Shown in pieces: positions 27,492 to 36,997 of a stretch of DNA of 64,000 bases. The DNA is from Polyangiaceae bacterium (lineage in GTDB: Bacteria > Myxococcota_A > Polyangia > Polyangiales > Polyangiaceae), in contig JBILLK010000017.1 of NCBI GenBank assembly GCA_044376115.1, forward strand, positions 1 through 64,000. The letters are read 5' to 3'. Within the stretch, counting starts at the first letter, position 1. Each line of letters begins with the position of its first letter. The translations under genes were made by a program, and so were the position numbers. The notes under the pieces are model-generated. The model saw nothing but the letters and a program-made list of their open reading frames with translations, did not search any database and was not told where the DNA came from.

Positions 27492-29099
27492 GTGGCACAA
27501 AAGAGTGACTTTCTCGTCGTGGGTAGCGGCGTCGCTGGGCTCACCTTCGCGATCAAGGCAGCCGAGCGCGGTGACGTTCTATTGCTGACGAAGCGCGCTG
27601 CGCAGGATTCGAACACGCTGTGGGCGCAGGGCGGCATCGCGGCGGTGATGGACCCTGAAGACACTCCGCAGGCACACGTCGCAGATACGCTCGACGCCGG
27701 AGCAGGCCTTTGCCACCGGGTGGTGGTTGAGATCTGCGCAACCGAGGGCCCCGATCGCATCCGTGAACTCGTCGAGTACGGCGCGGCCTTTGATACGGCC
27801 GCAGACGGTTCGTTGTCCCTCACCCGCGAGGGTGGGCACTCAACGCGCCGTGTGGTGCACGCCGCCGACGCCACTGGACGTGAAGTTGAACGCGCTTTGC
27901 TCGCCCGAGCCAAGAGCCACCCGCGAATCCGCGTGCTCGAACACACGACCGCCATCGACCTGATCATGCTCTCGCGGTTTGGTGGACCAGAGCTGTGCGC
28001 TGGGGTCTATGCGTTGGATACCACCACAGGCAAGGTAGAAACCTATCTAGCGAAAGCCACAATCTTGGCGACGGGCGGAGCTGGCAAGGTTTACCTCTAT
28101 ACTTCCAATCCGGACGTGGCCACCGGGGACGGCGTTGCGATGGCGTACCGAGCCGGCGCAGAGGTCGGGAATATGGAGTTTTACCAATTCCACCCGACGT
28201 GCCTTTACCACCCGAAAGCCAAGAGCTTCCTCATCACAGAGGCTCTACGGGGAGAGGGAGCGATCCTGCGATTGCTGGACGGAACGCCCTTCATGGAGAA
28301 GCACGATCCGCGCAAGGACCTCGCTCCTCGCGACATCGTCGCGCGCGCCATCGACTTCGAGATGAAGCGAACAGGCTCCGATCACGTACTTCTCGATATC
28401 ACCCATAAACCCAAAGACTTCATCCTCGAGCACTTTCCGACCATCGAGAGCGAGTGCCGCAAATGGGGTATCGACATTACGCGGGAGCCCATTCCCGTCG
28501 TGCCTGCGGCACACTACATGTGCGGCGGCATCACGACGAACCTTCATGGTCAAACCACCATTCCCGGGCTCTGGGCCATCGGGGAGTGCGCCTTTACGGG
28601 CCTGCACGGGGCAAACCGCCTCGCGTCGAATTCGTTGCTCGAGGGGTTGGTGTTCGGCCATCGCGCGGCCCTACGGCTTGCAGAAAGCGCGCGAGACTCC
28701 GAGCTGCCCGACGTCCCCGACTGGAACCCAGGCAGCGCTGTCGCCAGCGACCAAGCTGTCGTCGTGACGCACGACTGGGACGAGCTGCGCCGGACCATGT
28801 GGAACTACGTGGGTATCGTGCGCTCAGACGACCGCCTGCGACGAGCCAACCGCCGAATCAACCTGCTGCAAGAGGAGATTCGCGAGTACTACTGGCGACA
28901 CCTCGTCACGCGCGACCTTCTTGAACTTCGCAATATTGCGACGGTCGCTCAGCTCATTGTCGAGTGCGCCGCCGCAAGACGAGAGAGCCGCGGACTCCAT
29001 TTCACCGTCGACTACCCCAACCTCGAGGTTGGAGCGCCCTCCGACACGATCATCAAGCGCGGCGTTCCTGCCTACCTGCGCAAACAGAGCGAAGCCTGA
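27492..29099 (+). CDS. nadB: L-aspartate oxidase
   Basis: VGSGVAG, WAQGGIAAV, REGGHS.RR, QFHPT, TEALRGEG, HYMCGG, LHGANRLASNSLLEG, RESRGLH. Confidence 0.95.
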   Translation: MAQKSDFLVVGSGVAGLTFAIKAAERGDVLLLTKRAAQDSNTLWAQGGIAAVMDPEDTPQAHVADTLDAGAGLCHRVVVEICATEGPDRIRELVEYGAAFDTAADGSLSLTREGGHSTRRVVHAADATGREVERALLARAKSHPRIRVLEHTTAIDLIMLSRFGGPELCAGVYALDTTTGKVETYLAKATILATGGAGKVYLYTSNPDVATGDGVAMAYRAGAEVGNMEFYQFHPTCLYHPKAKSFLITEALRGEGAILRLLDGTPFMEKHDPRKDLAPRDIVARAIDFEMKRTGSDHVLLDITHKPKDFILEHFPTIESECRKWGIDITREPIPVVPAAHYMCGGITTNLHGQTTIPGLWAIGECAFTGLHGANRLASNSLLEGLVFGHRAALRLAESARDSELPDVPDWNPGSAVASDQAVVVTHDWDELRRTMWNYVGIVRSDDRLRRANRRINLLQEEIREYYWRHLVTRDLLELRNIATVAQLIVECAAARRESRGLHFTVDYPNLEVGAPSDTIIKRGVPAYLRKQSEA

Positions 29100-30046
29100 T
29101 GAGCGCAGACCCGGGCGAACAAAGCGACAAGCTCCCGCGAGGGCCAGGGGACGCTTCCGAGCAGGAGACAATCCGCGGCATGAGCGGGTTTGGGGCGATC
29201 TGGTGGGCTGCCACGATCACGTTCCTCTACCTTAGTCTTTGGGTCGTTTTTTCACGGCTGCAGCTCTTTGGCACTGTGCTGACGGCAGCCGTTTTGATTC
29301 AGTCGATCTCCTATGGGGCGGGCCTGTTCCTATTGCTTAGGGTCTATTCGCCCGAGAGCGAGATTCGCTCGATATTGGCACTGAGAGCTCCCAGGCTCCT
29401 CCCCTTGCTCGCAGCGCCTGCCCTTGGCTTCGCTCTTTCGATTGCCTGCAACTACCTACACGGGCTGGTGCTGGACCGCTTTCCGCAAGCCGACGAGGGG
29501 CTTCTGGTCAAGGATTGGGGGGCTGCCCAACTGAAGGGCCGAATCGCCATCATCATGGCCGTGGCTGTGATTGGGCCCTTCGTCGAGGAGACGATCTTTC
29601 GCGGGGCGCTGTTCACCTATGTTCGCAAGTACGCCCGCTCAGCCTCCCCCTTCTCGTTGGCGGCAATCTTCAATAAGGCTATCGACCCAATGGAGAGCGA
29701 GCGGGCGGCCGCTGCGGGCCAGCCTCGTCCACACGAGAGCTGGGAGACTATCATCGCAACCTCACTGGGATTTATTCTTGTTCACTTGGATCCACGCTCG
29801 TTTCCTCCGCTCGTAGTCGCTGCGTTGGCGCTTGGTTGGCTTCGCGCACGCACCGACTCGCTTTGGCCCGGCGTCCTCTGCCATATGAGCTTCAATGCAA
29901 TGCCCTTTATCCTAGATGCTCTCTTCGGCGCAGAACTTGAAACCATTCCGCCGAGCTGGGCTGCCATCGCTGCAGCTGCTGCGGCTGGGATCTTGGGCTT
30001 GCTGGTGGTTACGAGTCGGTCAAGAACGCTAGAGGTCAATCAGTGA
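29099..30046 (+). CDS. CPBP/Abi family intramembrane metalloprotease
   Basis: PFVEETIFRG, FILVH, HMSFN; multiple TMs; TGATG coupling. Confidence 0.85.
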   Translation: MSADPGEQSDKLPRGPGDASEQETIRGMSGFGAIWWAATITFLYLSLWVVFSRLQLFGTVLTAAVLIQSISYGAGLFLLLRVYSPESEIRSILALRAPRLLPLLAAPALGFALSIACNYLHGLVLDRFPQADEGLLVKDWGAAQLKGRIAIIMAVAVIGPFVEETIFRGALFTYVRKYARSASPFSLAAIFNKAIDPMESERAAAAGQPRPHESWETIIATSLGFILVHLDPRSFPPLVVAALALGWLRARTDSLWPGVLCHMSFNAMPFILDALFGAELETIPPSWAAIAAAAAAGILGLLVVTSRSRTLEVNQ

Positions 30047-31101
30047 AAGTAGCACTCTCATTGCCAGGCGGTGGGGTCTCGGGAGCTCTCTATCAGATTG
30101 GCGCTGTGGCAGCGCTGGAAGAAGCGATGGGCGGGGTGTCCAGGATCGACGGCTATATTGGCCACGCAGGGGGTTCGATCCTGGCGGCGGCATTGGCCGG
30201 TGGGGTCTCAGCAACCCGGCTCTATCGCGCTGTGCTCGACCCGGCGGACCCGTACTTTCCACTCGAGCGACACCATGTGCTTTCGCTCGATGCAGGTGAA
30301 TGGCGTCGCATCGTAGTGCGAGCCTGGGCGACGCTAAGGCAGGCCCTTCCCCGCCTGGATCCACGCCGAGCGCACGCGCCCGTCGGCGTCTCCGAGCGCA
30401 TCCTCGAGGAGGTGGATCGAATCGAGGATTCGTTGCCCGCGGGTATCTTCACCCTCGATCGCTTCGAGCCATTCATCGCTGAGTTCTTCGCGCGTCGGGA
30501 GATTCCCAACGCCTTCTCCGCGACGCGCAAACCGCTACGGATCGTGGCCTACGAGCTTGATACGGGCAAACGAGTCGTCTTCGGCGAGGAGGCCAACGAC
30601 ACGCGCATCTCCCTTGCTTGTGCCGCCTCTTGTGCTCTCCCCCTCTTCTTCTCCCCGGTTCGCATTGGCCGAAAGCACTACGTTGACGGCGGGCTTTCCT
30701 CGATGGCCCATTTCGATGTCGCTGAAAGAATGTCGGCAGACTTCACGATTGTTTTGAATCCCCGCGTTCCTGTCGAGACCGATGGACAATCCGTGCCAAC
30801 CGGGCACGGCGCCGGAAGAAGCGTGCGAGACAAGGGCTTGCTTTGGGTTTTCAACCAATCGAGGAGAATTGCGAACCACGCCATGCTTGAACGCGAAATG
30901 CAGACACGGCCCAATGGGATGGGTGTGCTTCGCATTGAGCCCAAGCCCGAGGAAGCCGCACTTTTCCTTAGAAATCCCAGGAGTTTTGAATCTCGACGGG
31001 TGGTGCTGGAGTACGCCTTCAAAACCACGCGAGAGATGTTGCGCACCTGGTCAGAGACGAACCAACCCCTGGCTGCGTCCCTGGGCCTCAGCACGAACTG
31101 A
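30043..31101 (+). CDS. Patatin-like phospholipase family protein (nucleophile Ser absent)
   Basis: GGGVSG, ASCALP..F.PV, YVDGG; elbow reads GHAGG. Confidence 0.82.
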   Translation: MKVALSLPGGGVSGALYQIGAVAALEEAMGGVSRIDGYIGHAGGSILAAALAGGVSATRLYRAVLDPADPYFPLERHHVLSLDAGEWRRIVVRAWATLRQALPRLDPRRAHAPVGVSERILEEVDRIEDSLPAGIFTLDRFEPFIAEFFARREIPNAFSATRKPLRIVAYELDTGKRVVFGEEANDTRISLACAASCALPLFFSPVRIGRKHYVDGGLSSMAHFDVAERMSADFTIVLNPRVPVETDGQSVPTGHGAGRSVRDKGLLWVFNQSRRIANHAMLEREMQTRPNGMGVLRIEPKPEEAALFLRNPRSFESRRVVLEYAFKTTREMLRTWSETNQPLAASLGLSTN

Positions 31102-31146
31102 GCTGGCCGCCGAATCCCAAACGATCTGCTAGGCTTGGCGGCGTCT

Positions 31147-32220
31147 ATGATCTGCCCGCGCTGCCATCGCTCGTACAGCGGAGCCGAAACGCATTGTGCT
31201 TTCGACGGCACCGAGCTTTCTGCAAGCCCCCGAATTGATCTGCTGAACGCTGGGAAGACACGCCACATGGGGGCGATCCTTGGGGATCGCTTCGAGATAC
31301 GTGGCTTCGTGGGGCAAGGCGGAACCTCACGAGTTTACCTCGCAAAGGATCATCGTTCCGGGGACCCGGTCGCAGTGAAACTCCTCGAGCCCCCGTGGGC
31401 GCATGACCGGGTTGCAAAGGAGCGCTTCATGCAGGAAGCGGAAGCTGCGGCTCGCATCCACCACCCCGGAGTTGCCCGCATCATTTTCGTTGGCGAGCGG
31501 GGAAATGGAACTCCCTACTTGGCAATGGAGTTTCTCTTTGGGGAGACGCTCGAGACCTACCTCAAAAGGAACCAGGTCATGGAGGTAGAGCTGCTCTTGC
31601 CGGTGCTTCGAGAACTAGCAAGCACCCTTGAGATCGCGCACCTCGCCGGCGTCATTCACCGCGACGTCAAACCAGAGAACGTATTTCTCCTGGGAGAGAC
31701 CGATGAACCCTATGGGGTGAAGCTGGTCGACTTCGGGTTCGCCAAACTGCGCGATTCAACGATAACTGCGGCGGGTATCGCAATCGGCTCCGTTGACTAT
31801 ATGGCGCCCGAACAATGCGTTACCGATGCAGTGGATGCACGAACGGACGTTTATGGCGTTGGTATGCTGGCCTTCAAGGCCATGAGTGGGCGGCTACCGT
31901 TTCAACATGCTCCGGTTCAGGATCAACTTGCGCATAACCTCATCGCCCCCGCGCCACGCCTCGTTACCTGCGGGGACTTCGATCCACATCTCTCGGCGGT
32001 CGTTGAACGGTGTCTACGCAAACACCCGCGGAACCGATACAAGGACATGGGAGCGCTGCTTCGCGATTTGGATGCAATCGCAGAGGGCCAGGAGCCGGAG
32101 GCCTCGACGATCGAAGCGCCCACTGACGACGTCTATGTTCCGCAAGGGCCCTTCGCGCAGCTCGCGACGAAAGCGCTCTATCGGCGGCTCAACGTGCCTC
32201 TACCTACTAATCTGATTTGA
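31147..32220 (+). CDS. Ser/Thr protein kinase with N-terminal Zn ribbon
   Basis: CPRC...CAFDG, VAVK, HRDVKPENV, DFG, YMAPEQ. Confidence 0.92.
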   Translation: MICPRCHRSYSGAETHCAFDGTELSASPRIDLLNAGKTRHMGAILGDRFEIRGFVGQGGTSRVYLAKDHRSGDPVAVKLLEPPWAHDRVAKERFMQEAEAAARIHHPGVARIIFVGERGNGTPYLAMEFLFGETLETYLKRNQVMEVELLLPVLRELASTLEIAHLAGVIHRDVKPENVFLLGETDEPYGVKLVDFGFAKLRDSTITAAGIAIGSVDYMAPEQCVTDAVDARTDVYGVGMLAFKAMSGRLPFQHAPVQDQLAHNLIAPAPRLVTCGDFDPHLSAVVERCLRKHPRNRYKDMGALLRDLDAIAEGQEPEASTIEAPTDDVYVPQGPFAQLATKALYRRLNVPLPTNLI

Positions 32221-32224
32221 TCCC

Positions 32225-33230
32225 ATGGGCGTGTCGACTCCGCGGCTCGTGAGCGTGTGTTGGTGCGCGCTGGCGCTGAGCTCGGGAGCTAAACTGCGAG
32301 ACCACCTGGGACTATCAACCCCTTTCGCCGAAGGAGCGTGAAGTTTGTCTCACTTCCGTGGACATCGCTGAGAGCTTCACGCAGAGCTGGGCGGCCGAGT
32401 TCCGCCGAGAATGGGAGGAGGGCCCAATGTCGCCTCCGTCGGCGGCGGCCAAGCCAGCTTCGCCCTCGAAGGTGAAGACGGCGTGTTCGAGTTGTTGATT
32501 CCACTCGAGGCACTACCGATGGCTTCACAGTCCCCGGTCACCGCGGCTTTGGTGGTGGTTCACGCGAAGGGAAAGCCAAAGGGCGGCCCGCCATCCCAGG
32601 TGACCTTCGGAGATGGGGTTTCCTTTGGCAAACGGGCTGCACTCAGAAAGCTCGCGCTCGAGGAGTGGCACACCAACATCCTCGAAGGCGCAGCTGCGGT
32701 GGGGTATCGGCTTGGTGACGATTTGCACTGGACCCTTGCGCAGCGAGCCCCGGGCTGGCTCAGCTATCAGCGTCGTGACGAACTCTTGCTCGAGGTACTC
32801 ACCAACCACAACGGGGCAACGGTGGGAACGCTCTTCGCGGGGCTGAGGAGACTAGCTTGCATCGCCGCGGACGGCTCTGTCCTTGGGTTCGAGCCAGATC
32901 TTCGGGGAAGCGTGGTGGAGACGGTAAAGCGCGGCGAGGACCTGCACATTTTTAACTACGATAGCTATCCCGATGAGATGGGGCGGCAAGGTAGCCAGCT
33001 GGCATGTCTACCTCATTGATAGAGAGGGTAGTATTGGCTCGCTGGTGCTCGCGACGCCTGTCCACAGCTGGACGTCCGTAACGAAGTTTCATACGCGAGG
33101 GATGCGGACGTTTGGGCTCGTTGGCAGCGCAAACGGATTTGCCGAGGGAGGAACGCCCGGGGTCCAGATATCCTTTCGATTTAGCGAAGCAGAAGGCTAC
33201 GTTCCGTCTAGCAGCGGGCTTCCAGACTGA
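32225..33230 (+). pseudogene. Probable frameshifted gene remnant of unknown function
   Basis: Protein-like segments in different frames: a short signal-like ORF from ATG 32225, ORF 32411-33019, and overlapping ORF 32973-33230. Confidence 0.4.
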
Positions 33231-33340
33231 CTTCGGCGTGCCGGTCTTTTCGGCGGCGTGCAGTGTGGCGTTAACTCCCGATTGGATGCGGTGTGACTCT
33301 TGTTCTCGCCGCCTGCCCCGCTCTGTGGCAAAACGGCGCC

Positions 33341-33793
33341 ATGTACGCGTGGCTGTTGGTCGTCGCCCTCTCACTTGGGGCTACGGCATGCTCGCGTAGC
33401 TACCGCGTAGGGGACGAGGTCATGGTGGAGTGGGAGGGGAAGGAATACCCAGCCGTCATTCTCTCCGCTCAGGGTCCGGCAAAGTTCAAAGTCCACTACG
33501 AAGGCTACGACGACACCTGGGATGAGCTCATTCCCAAAGCCAGACTCAAGGGCTTCCGCACGGGCAGTGAACCTCGACCAGAACCACCTGCGAAGGTCCG
33601 ACAGAAGGCGTTGGAGGCGGCCCAGACGAACACCTATCGAGTGGGAGACCGCGTCCGAGTAGAGTGGCGTGACCGCCTGTACTCGGCGCAGATCGTTGAT
33701 GTGGTCGGGAAGGAACGCTATCGCGTGCACTATGATGGCTATGGCTCCGAGTTTGATGAAAATGTCGGCTTAGCAAGGATTCAAGCTCGGTGA
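33341..33793 (+). CDS. Lipoprotein with two Tudor/Agenet (chromo-barrel-like) domains
   Basis: Signal + lipobox GATAC; duplicated YRVGD.V.VEW....Y.A.I......VHY.GY...DE. Confidence 0.8.
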   Translation: MYAWLLVVALSLGATACSRSYRVGDEVMVEWEGKEYPAVILSAQGPAKFKVHYEGYDDTWDELIPKARLKGFRTGSEPRPEPPAKVRQKALEAAQTNTYRVGDRVRVEWRDRLYSAQIVDVVGKERYRVHYDGYGSEFDENVGLARIQAR

Positions 33794-34050
33794 GCTACCA
33801 CCGCGGGCTACTGGCGTTCTTGACCGGATGCCACCTCATCGCTGGCACTCCGGACTTCAAGGATCAACCAAGTGCTGGGGCAGGCGGTCAGGGTGCCGCA
33901 GGCGGTCAGGGTGCCGCAGGCGGTCAGGGTGCCGCAGGCGGTCAGGGCGCCGCAGCTGGGCAGGGCGCCGCAGCTGGTCAGGGTGCCGCAGCTGGTCAGG
34001 GTGCCGCAGGCGGTCAGGGTGAGCAAGCCGCTGGGGCCGGCGGCATATGA
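33790..34050 (+). CDS. Small Gly/Ala/Gln-rich putative lipoprotein
   Basis: LLAFLTGC lipobox-like; GTGA and ATGA overlaps with both neighbours; (A/G)GQGAA repeats. Confidence 0.6.
   Translation: MSYHRGLLAFLTGCHLIAGTPDFKDQPSAGAGGQGAAGGQGAAGGQGAAGGQGAAAGQGAAAGQGAAAGQGAAGGQGEQAAGAGGI
33880..34020 (+). repeat. 18-bp in-frame tandem repeat, ~8 copies (gcaggcggtcagggtgcc and variants)
   Basis: Read directly; encodes AGGQGA/AAGQGA. Confidence 0.93.
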
Positions 34051-35051
34051 AACCCGTCTTGTACCGCGCCGCGCTCTTTTCCTTCTTGGCCATCAACGTA
34101 TTCATCAGTTCGGCCTCAGCTGCGGAGCCGGCCACAGAGCCGGAGCGCCCCAATAAGGTAGGGGAGCTTACGGCAGAGGCGGATAAAGCACTAGCAGAAG
34201 GCCGTGTCGAAAGAGCATGCCGTAGCTTTGAAGAGGCGCTGACCCTGACTCGAACGGCGGAACTCCTCATTAGCGCGGGCAAGTGTCAGCAGCTCCTTGG
34301 AAAAACGGCGAGCGCTTGGCGGCATTTTACCTCCGCAACGATCCTGGCCGGCAGCGCGTCAGATACAACACTAGAAGACCGCGCCCGTGAACTCGCAAGC
34401 CGTCTAGCTCCGCGACTCAGCAAGCTGAGAATCGATGTACTCGCGCCCCTTCCTGAGCAGCGGGTCGAGTGCAATGGCGTCGTCATTCCCAGAACCGAAT
34501 GGGGAGTGCTCACACCTGTAGACCCAGGGGAACTTCATTGCCTCGCCTCGGCGCCAGGGCGCACTGCCTCTGATCTCCAGCTCACCATCGGCGCTGAAGC
34601 GGATATTCGCGTATTGATTATTCCGCAGCTGAAGGAGGTTACGAAACAGCCTCCACCGCCGCAATCAACGCCGCCCACCAGCGAGCAGCAACCCCAAGAA
34701 CCCAAGAGCCCCGTGGGGGTCATCGCTTTCGTGACCACAGCCGTCGGGGTCGTCGGTATTGGAACAGGCATTGCGTTCGGAGTAATGACCCTGATTGAAG
34801 TGGGGGACGCCGAGGAGAACCCACTCTTGTGTCCCAACAAGCTTTGCACCAAGGCGGGTCGCATCGCGATCGACGAGGCTGAGGCAAAGGGAATTACCTC
34901 CACCGTCGCGTTCACAGTAGGTGGGCTAGGGCTCGCTACCGGGGCAACCCTCTTCTTGCTTCGTGAGTTCGGAATCATTGGAACCCAGCGACCAGCCGTC
35001 GCTCCGGTCGTCGGGTACGGCTCGTTGGGGTTGGAAGTCGCCTTCGACTAA
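34047..35051 (+). CDS. Secreted TPR/PEGA-like protein of myxobacterial type
   Basis: Signal peptide, AC..FEEA, C...LGKTASAW, PVDPG, C-terminal hydrophobic Gly-rich segments. Confidence 0.7.
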   Translation: MKPVLYRAALFSFLAINVFISSASAAEPATEPERPNKVGELTAEADKALAEGRVERACRSFEEALTLTRTAELLISAGKCQQLLGKTASAWRHFTSATILAGSASDTTLEDRARELASRLAPRLSKLRIDVLAPLPEQRVECNGVVIPRTEWGVLTPVDPGELHCLASAPGRTASDLQLTIGAEADIRVLIIPQLKEVTKQPPPPQSTPPTSEQQPQEPKSPVGVIAFVTTAVGVVGIGTGIAFGVMTLIEVGDAEENPLLCPNKLCTKAGRIAIDEAEAKGITSTVAFTVGGLGLATGATLFLLREFGIIGTQRPAVAPVVGYGSLGLEVAFD

Positions 35052-35105
35052 CCTAGCATGCAGTAAGGCTGCGGTCGGGGGGGCCTGGTCGCAAGAAGGG
35101 CACGT

Positions 35106-36614
35106 ATGACCAGCTTGCGAGAGTTTCTCGACAACCTAACCAATGACCAATTGGTCGACCGACTCAACCTTGCGCTCGATGGCGCGAGCCTAGGCATCTG
35201 GGATTGGGATTTACGGGACAACACCGTGCAGTTCGACCGGCGTTGGTGTGAGATGCTCGGGCTCGATCACGCAACCACGCCGATGCGGCTCGAGACCTGG
35301 TCGTCTCGCGCACACCCAGAGGACCTTGCGCAGTGCTACGCGGATATAACGGCGCACCTCGAAGGGCGCACGGATCGCTATGAGAATATCCACCGCATGC
35401 GGCATGAGAATGGATCGTGGGTCTACATACTTGACCGCGGACGTATCTCTGCACGGGATGAGCACGGCAAGCCTATTCGCTTTACCGGCACCCACTTCGA
35501 CGTAACAGCTACAGAAGAGGCGCGCCGAGTGATTCAGCAGCAAAAGCGCCTGCTACGACAGCTGATCGAGGCGCTTCCCACGGCGATGGTCATGTTAGAC
35601 CGTGATTTACATATTCTGTCCGTCAGTGATACGTGGACAAGCACTTATGGCAATGGGGGCCCAGAGCCGATTGGCAAGTCCCTCGAAGAAGCGGCGCCGT
35701 CCATCGCTCGCCACTGGGCAGTTCCACTTCGTCAAGCCCTCACTGGTATACCACTAACCGCAGAAGAAGAAGTCACCAGTATGCCTGGAGGCCCTCAGTG
35801 GCTGCGCTGGGACGCAAGACCTTGGAAGACAATCAATGGTGACTTTGGGGGCGTACTACTGTCCTTAGAGGACATCACGGAACGCGTTAGCCGTCGGCAA
35901 GCCGAGGATCGTGAGCGTGACGCACGCATTGCTTCACTTGCGTTGTTTGCTGGTGGGATCTCCCATGAGATTAATAGTCCTCTACAAATCATACTCTCCG
36001 AGGTGGAGATCATTGAAGAAGAGCTCAAGCAGGCTGACGCTGCCAACTCGGAGGTCCGCGAGAGTATGGCGGTGATCGGCCAAACGACCCGCCGAACAGC
36101 AGCTATTGCAAGGGCGCTGCGCAATCTCTCGCGAGACGCGCGGCAGGACCCACTTTCCGCAGTACGGGTGTCCGATCTGTTTTGCGATGCCGATGCCTTG
36201 TGTCGCAAGCGCATGGAGAGCAGTGGGGTGAGCTTGACCTTGGTGCCTCCAGAGGCCGAGCTATTCGTTGCCGGAAGAACCGCTGAGCTGTTGCACATCC
36301 TGCTCAACATTTTGAACAATGGTGGCGACGCCGCCTTGCTCGGCGACCCCTGGGTCCGTCTCGAAACACGGTTTGACGACACGCGCGTCCGGTTTCAATG
36401 TATCGACGGTGGACCGGGTATCCCGCACGAGAACCGCAAGCGACTAATGGATCCATTCTTTACAACCAAGGCACCAGGGCGCGGTACCGGCCTAGGGCTA
36501 AGTATCGCCAATGCGCTAGCCCGCAGGAACCGCGGGATCCTCGAGCTGGTTGATGACCACAATACGACGTTCGAACTGAGGCTGGAGCGAGTTCGCGCAA
36601 CGGGGCCTGAGTAG
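35106..36614 (+). CDS. PAS-domain sensor histidine kinase
   Basis: [21 protein letters not shown]-box; NILNNG; DGGPG; PFFTTK..G.GTGLGL. Confidence 0.93.
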   Translation: MTSLREFLDNLTNDQLVDRLNLALDGASLGIWDWDLRDNTVQFDRRWCEMLGLDHATTPMRLETWSSRAHPEDLAQCYADITAHLEGRTDRYENIHRMRHENGSWVYILDRGRISARDEHGKPIRFTGTHFDVTATEEARRVIQQQKRLLRQLIEALPTAMVMLDRDLHILSVSDTWTSTYGNGGPEPIGKSLEEAAPSIARHWAVPLRQALTGIPLTAEEEVTSMPGGPQWLRWDARPWKTINGDFGGVLLSLEDITERVSRRQAEDRERDARIASLALFAGGISHEINSPLQIILSEVEIIEEELKQADAANSEVRESMAVIGQTTRRTAAIARALRNLSRDARQDPLSAVRVSDLFCDADALCRKRMESSGVSLTLVPPEAELFVAGRTAELLHILLNILNNGGDAALLGDPWVRLETRFDDTRVRFQCIDGGPGIPHENRKRLMDPFFTTKAPGRGTGLGLSIANALARRNRGILELVDDHNTTFELRLERVRATGPE

Positions 36615-36619
36615 GTTCG

Positions 36620-36997
36620 TTGCTAAGGATCCTCATCGTCGATGATGAGCCGCTGTTGGTGCGCGCCCTCGAGCGACTACTGACGAGGGCCGGATTTGAG
36701 ACCCTATCTGCAGGCGACGGTAGGGCAGCGCTCGATTTGGTCGCGCAATACGACTTCGCGTTGGTCTTGTGCGACGTGCGTATGCCCGTACTCGACGGAG
36801 TCGGTCTGTTACGAGCGCTTGGTAGGCGGGGCCCACCGGTTGTCATGCTCACCGGCTACGGAGATGAGTCCGATCAAGCGCTGCGAGATCTCGGCGCAAA
36901 AGCTGTCCTCGGTAAGCCTGTGACGCTCGCTACCCTGAAGGAGGTCATCGCGGAATTCGCGAGCACGCAACCGCCTCAACCACAGGGCAACCGATAA
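36620..36997 (+). CDS. Single-domain response regulator
   Basis: ILIVDDE, CDVRMP.LDG, LTG, KP. Confidence 0.92.
   Translation: MLRILIVDDEPLLVRALERLLTRAGFETLSAGDGRAALDLVAQYDFALVLCDVRMPVLDGVGLLRALGRRGPPVVMLTGYGDESDQALRDLGAKAVLGKPVTLATLKEVIAEFASTQPPQPQGNR

Noticed and set aside
27389..27967. N-terminal extension of the 423-aa HAD ORF
   Set aside because: Antisense to nadB; the HAD motif begins right after ATG 27388
29099..30046. CPBP/Abi protein as abortive-infection defence
   Set aside because: The family name is historical; motifs indicate an ordinary intramembrane protease in housekeeping context
33857..34282. Alternative-frame repeat ORFs (HPDRLR, VRVPQA, ACGTLT) as RiPP precursors
   Set aside because: By-products of the 18-bp repeat; only the GGQGAA frame has a signal/lipobox and coupled junctions
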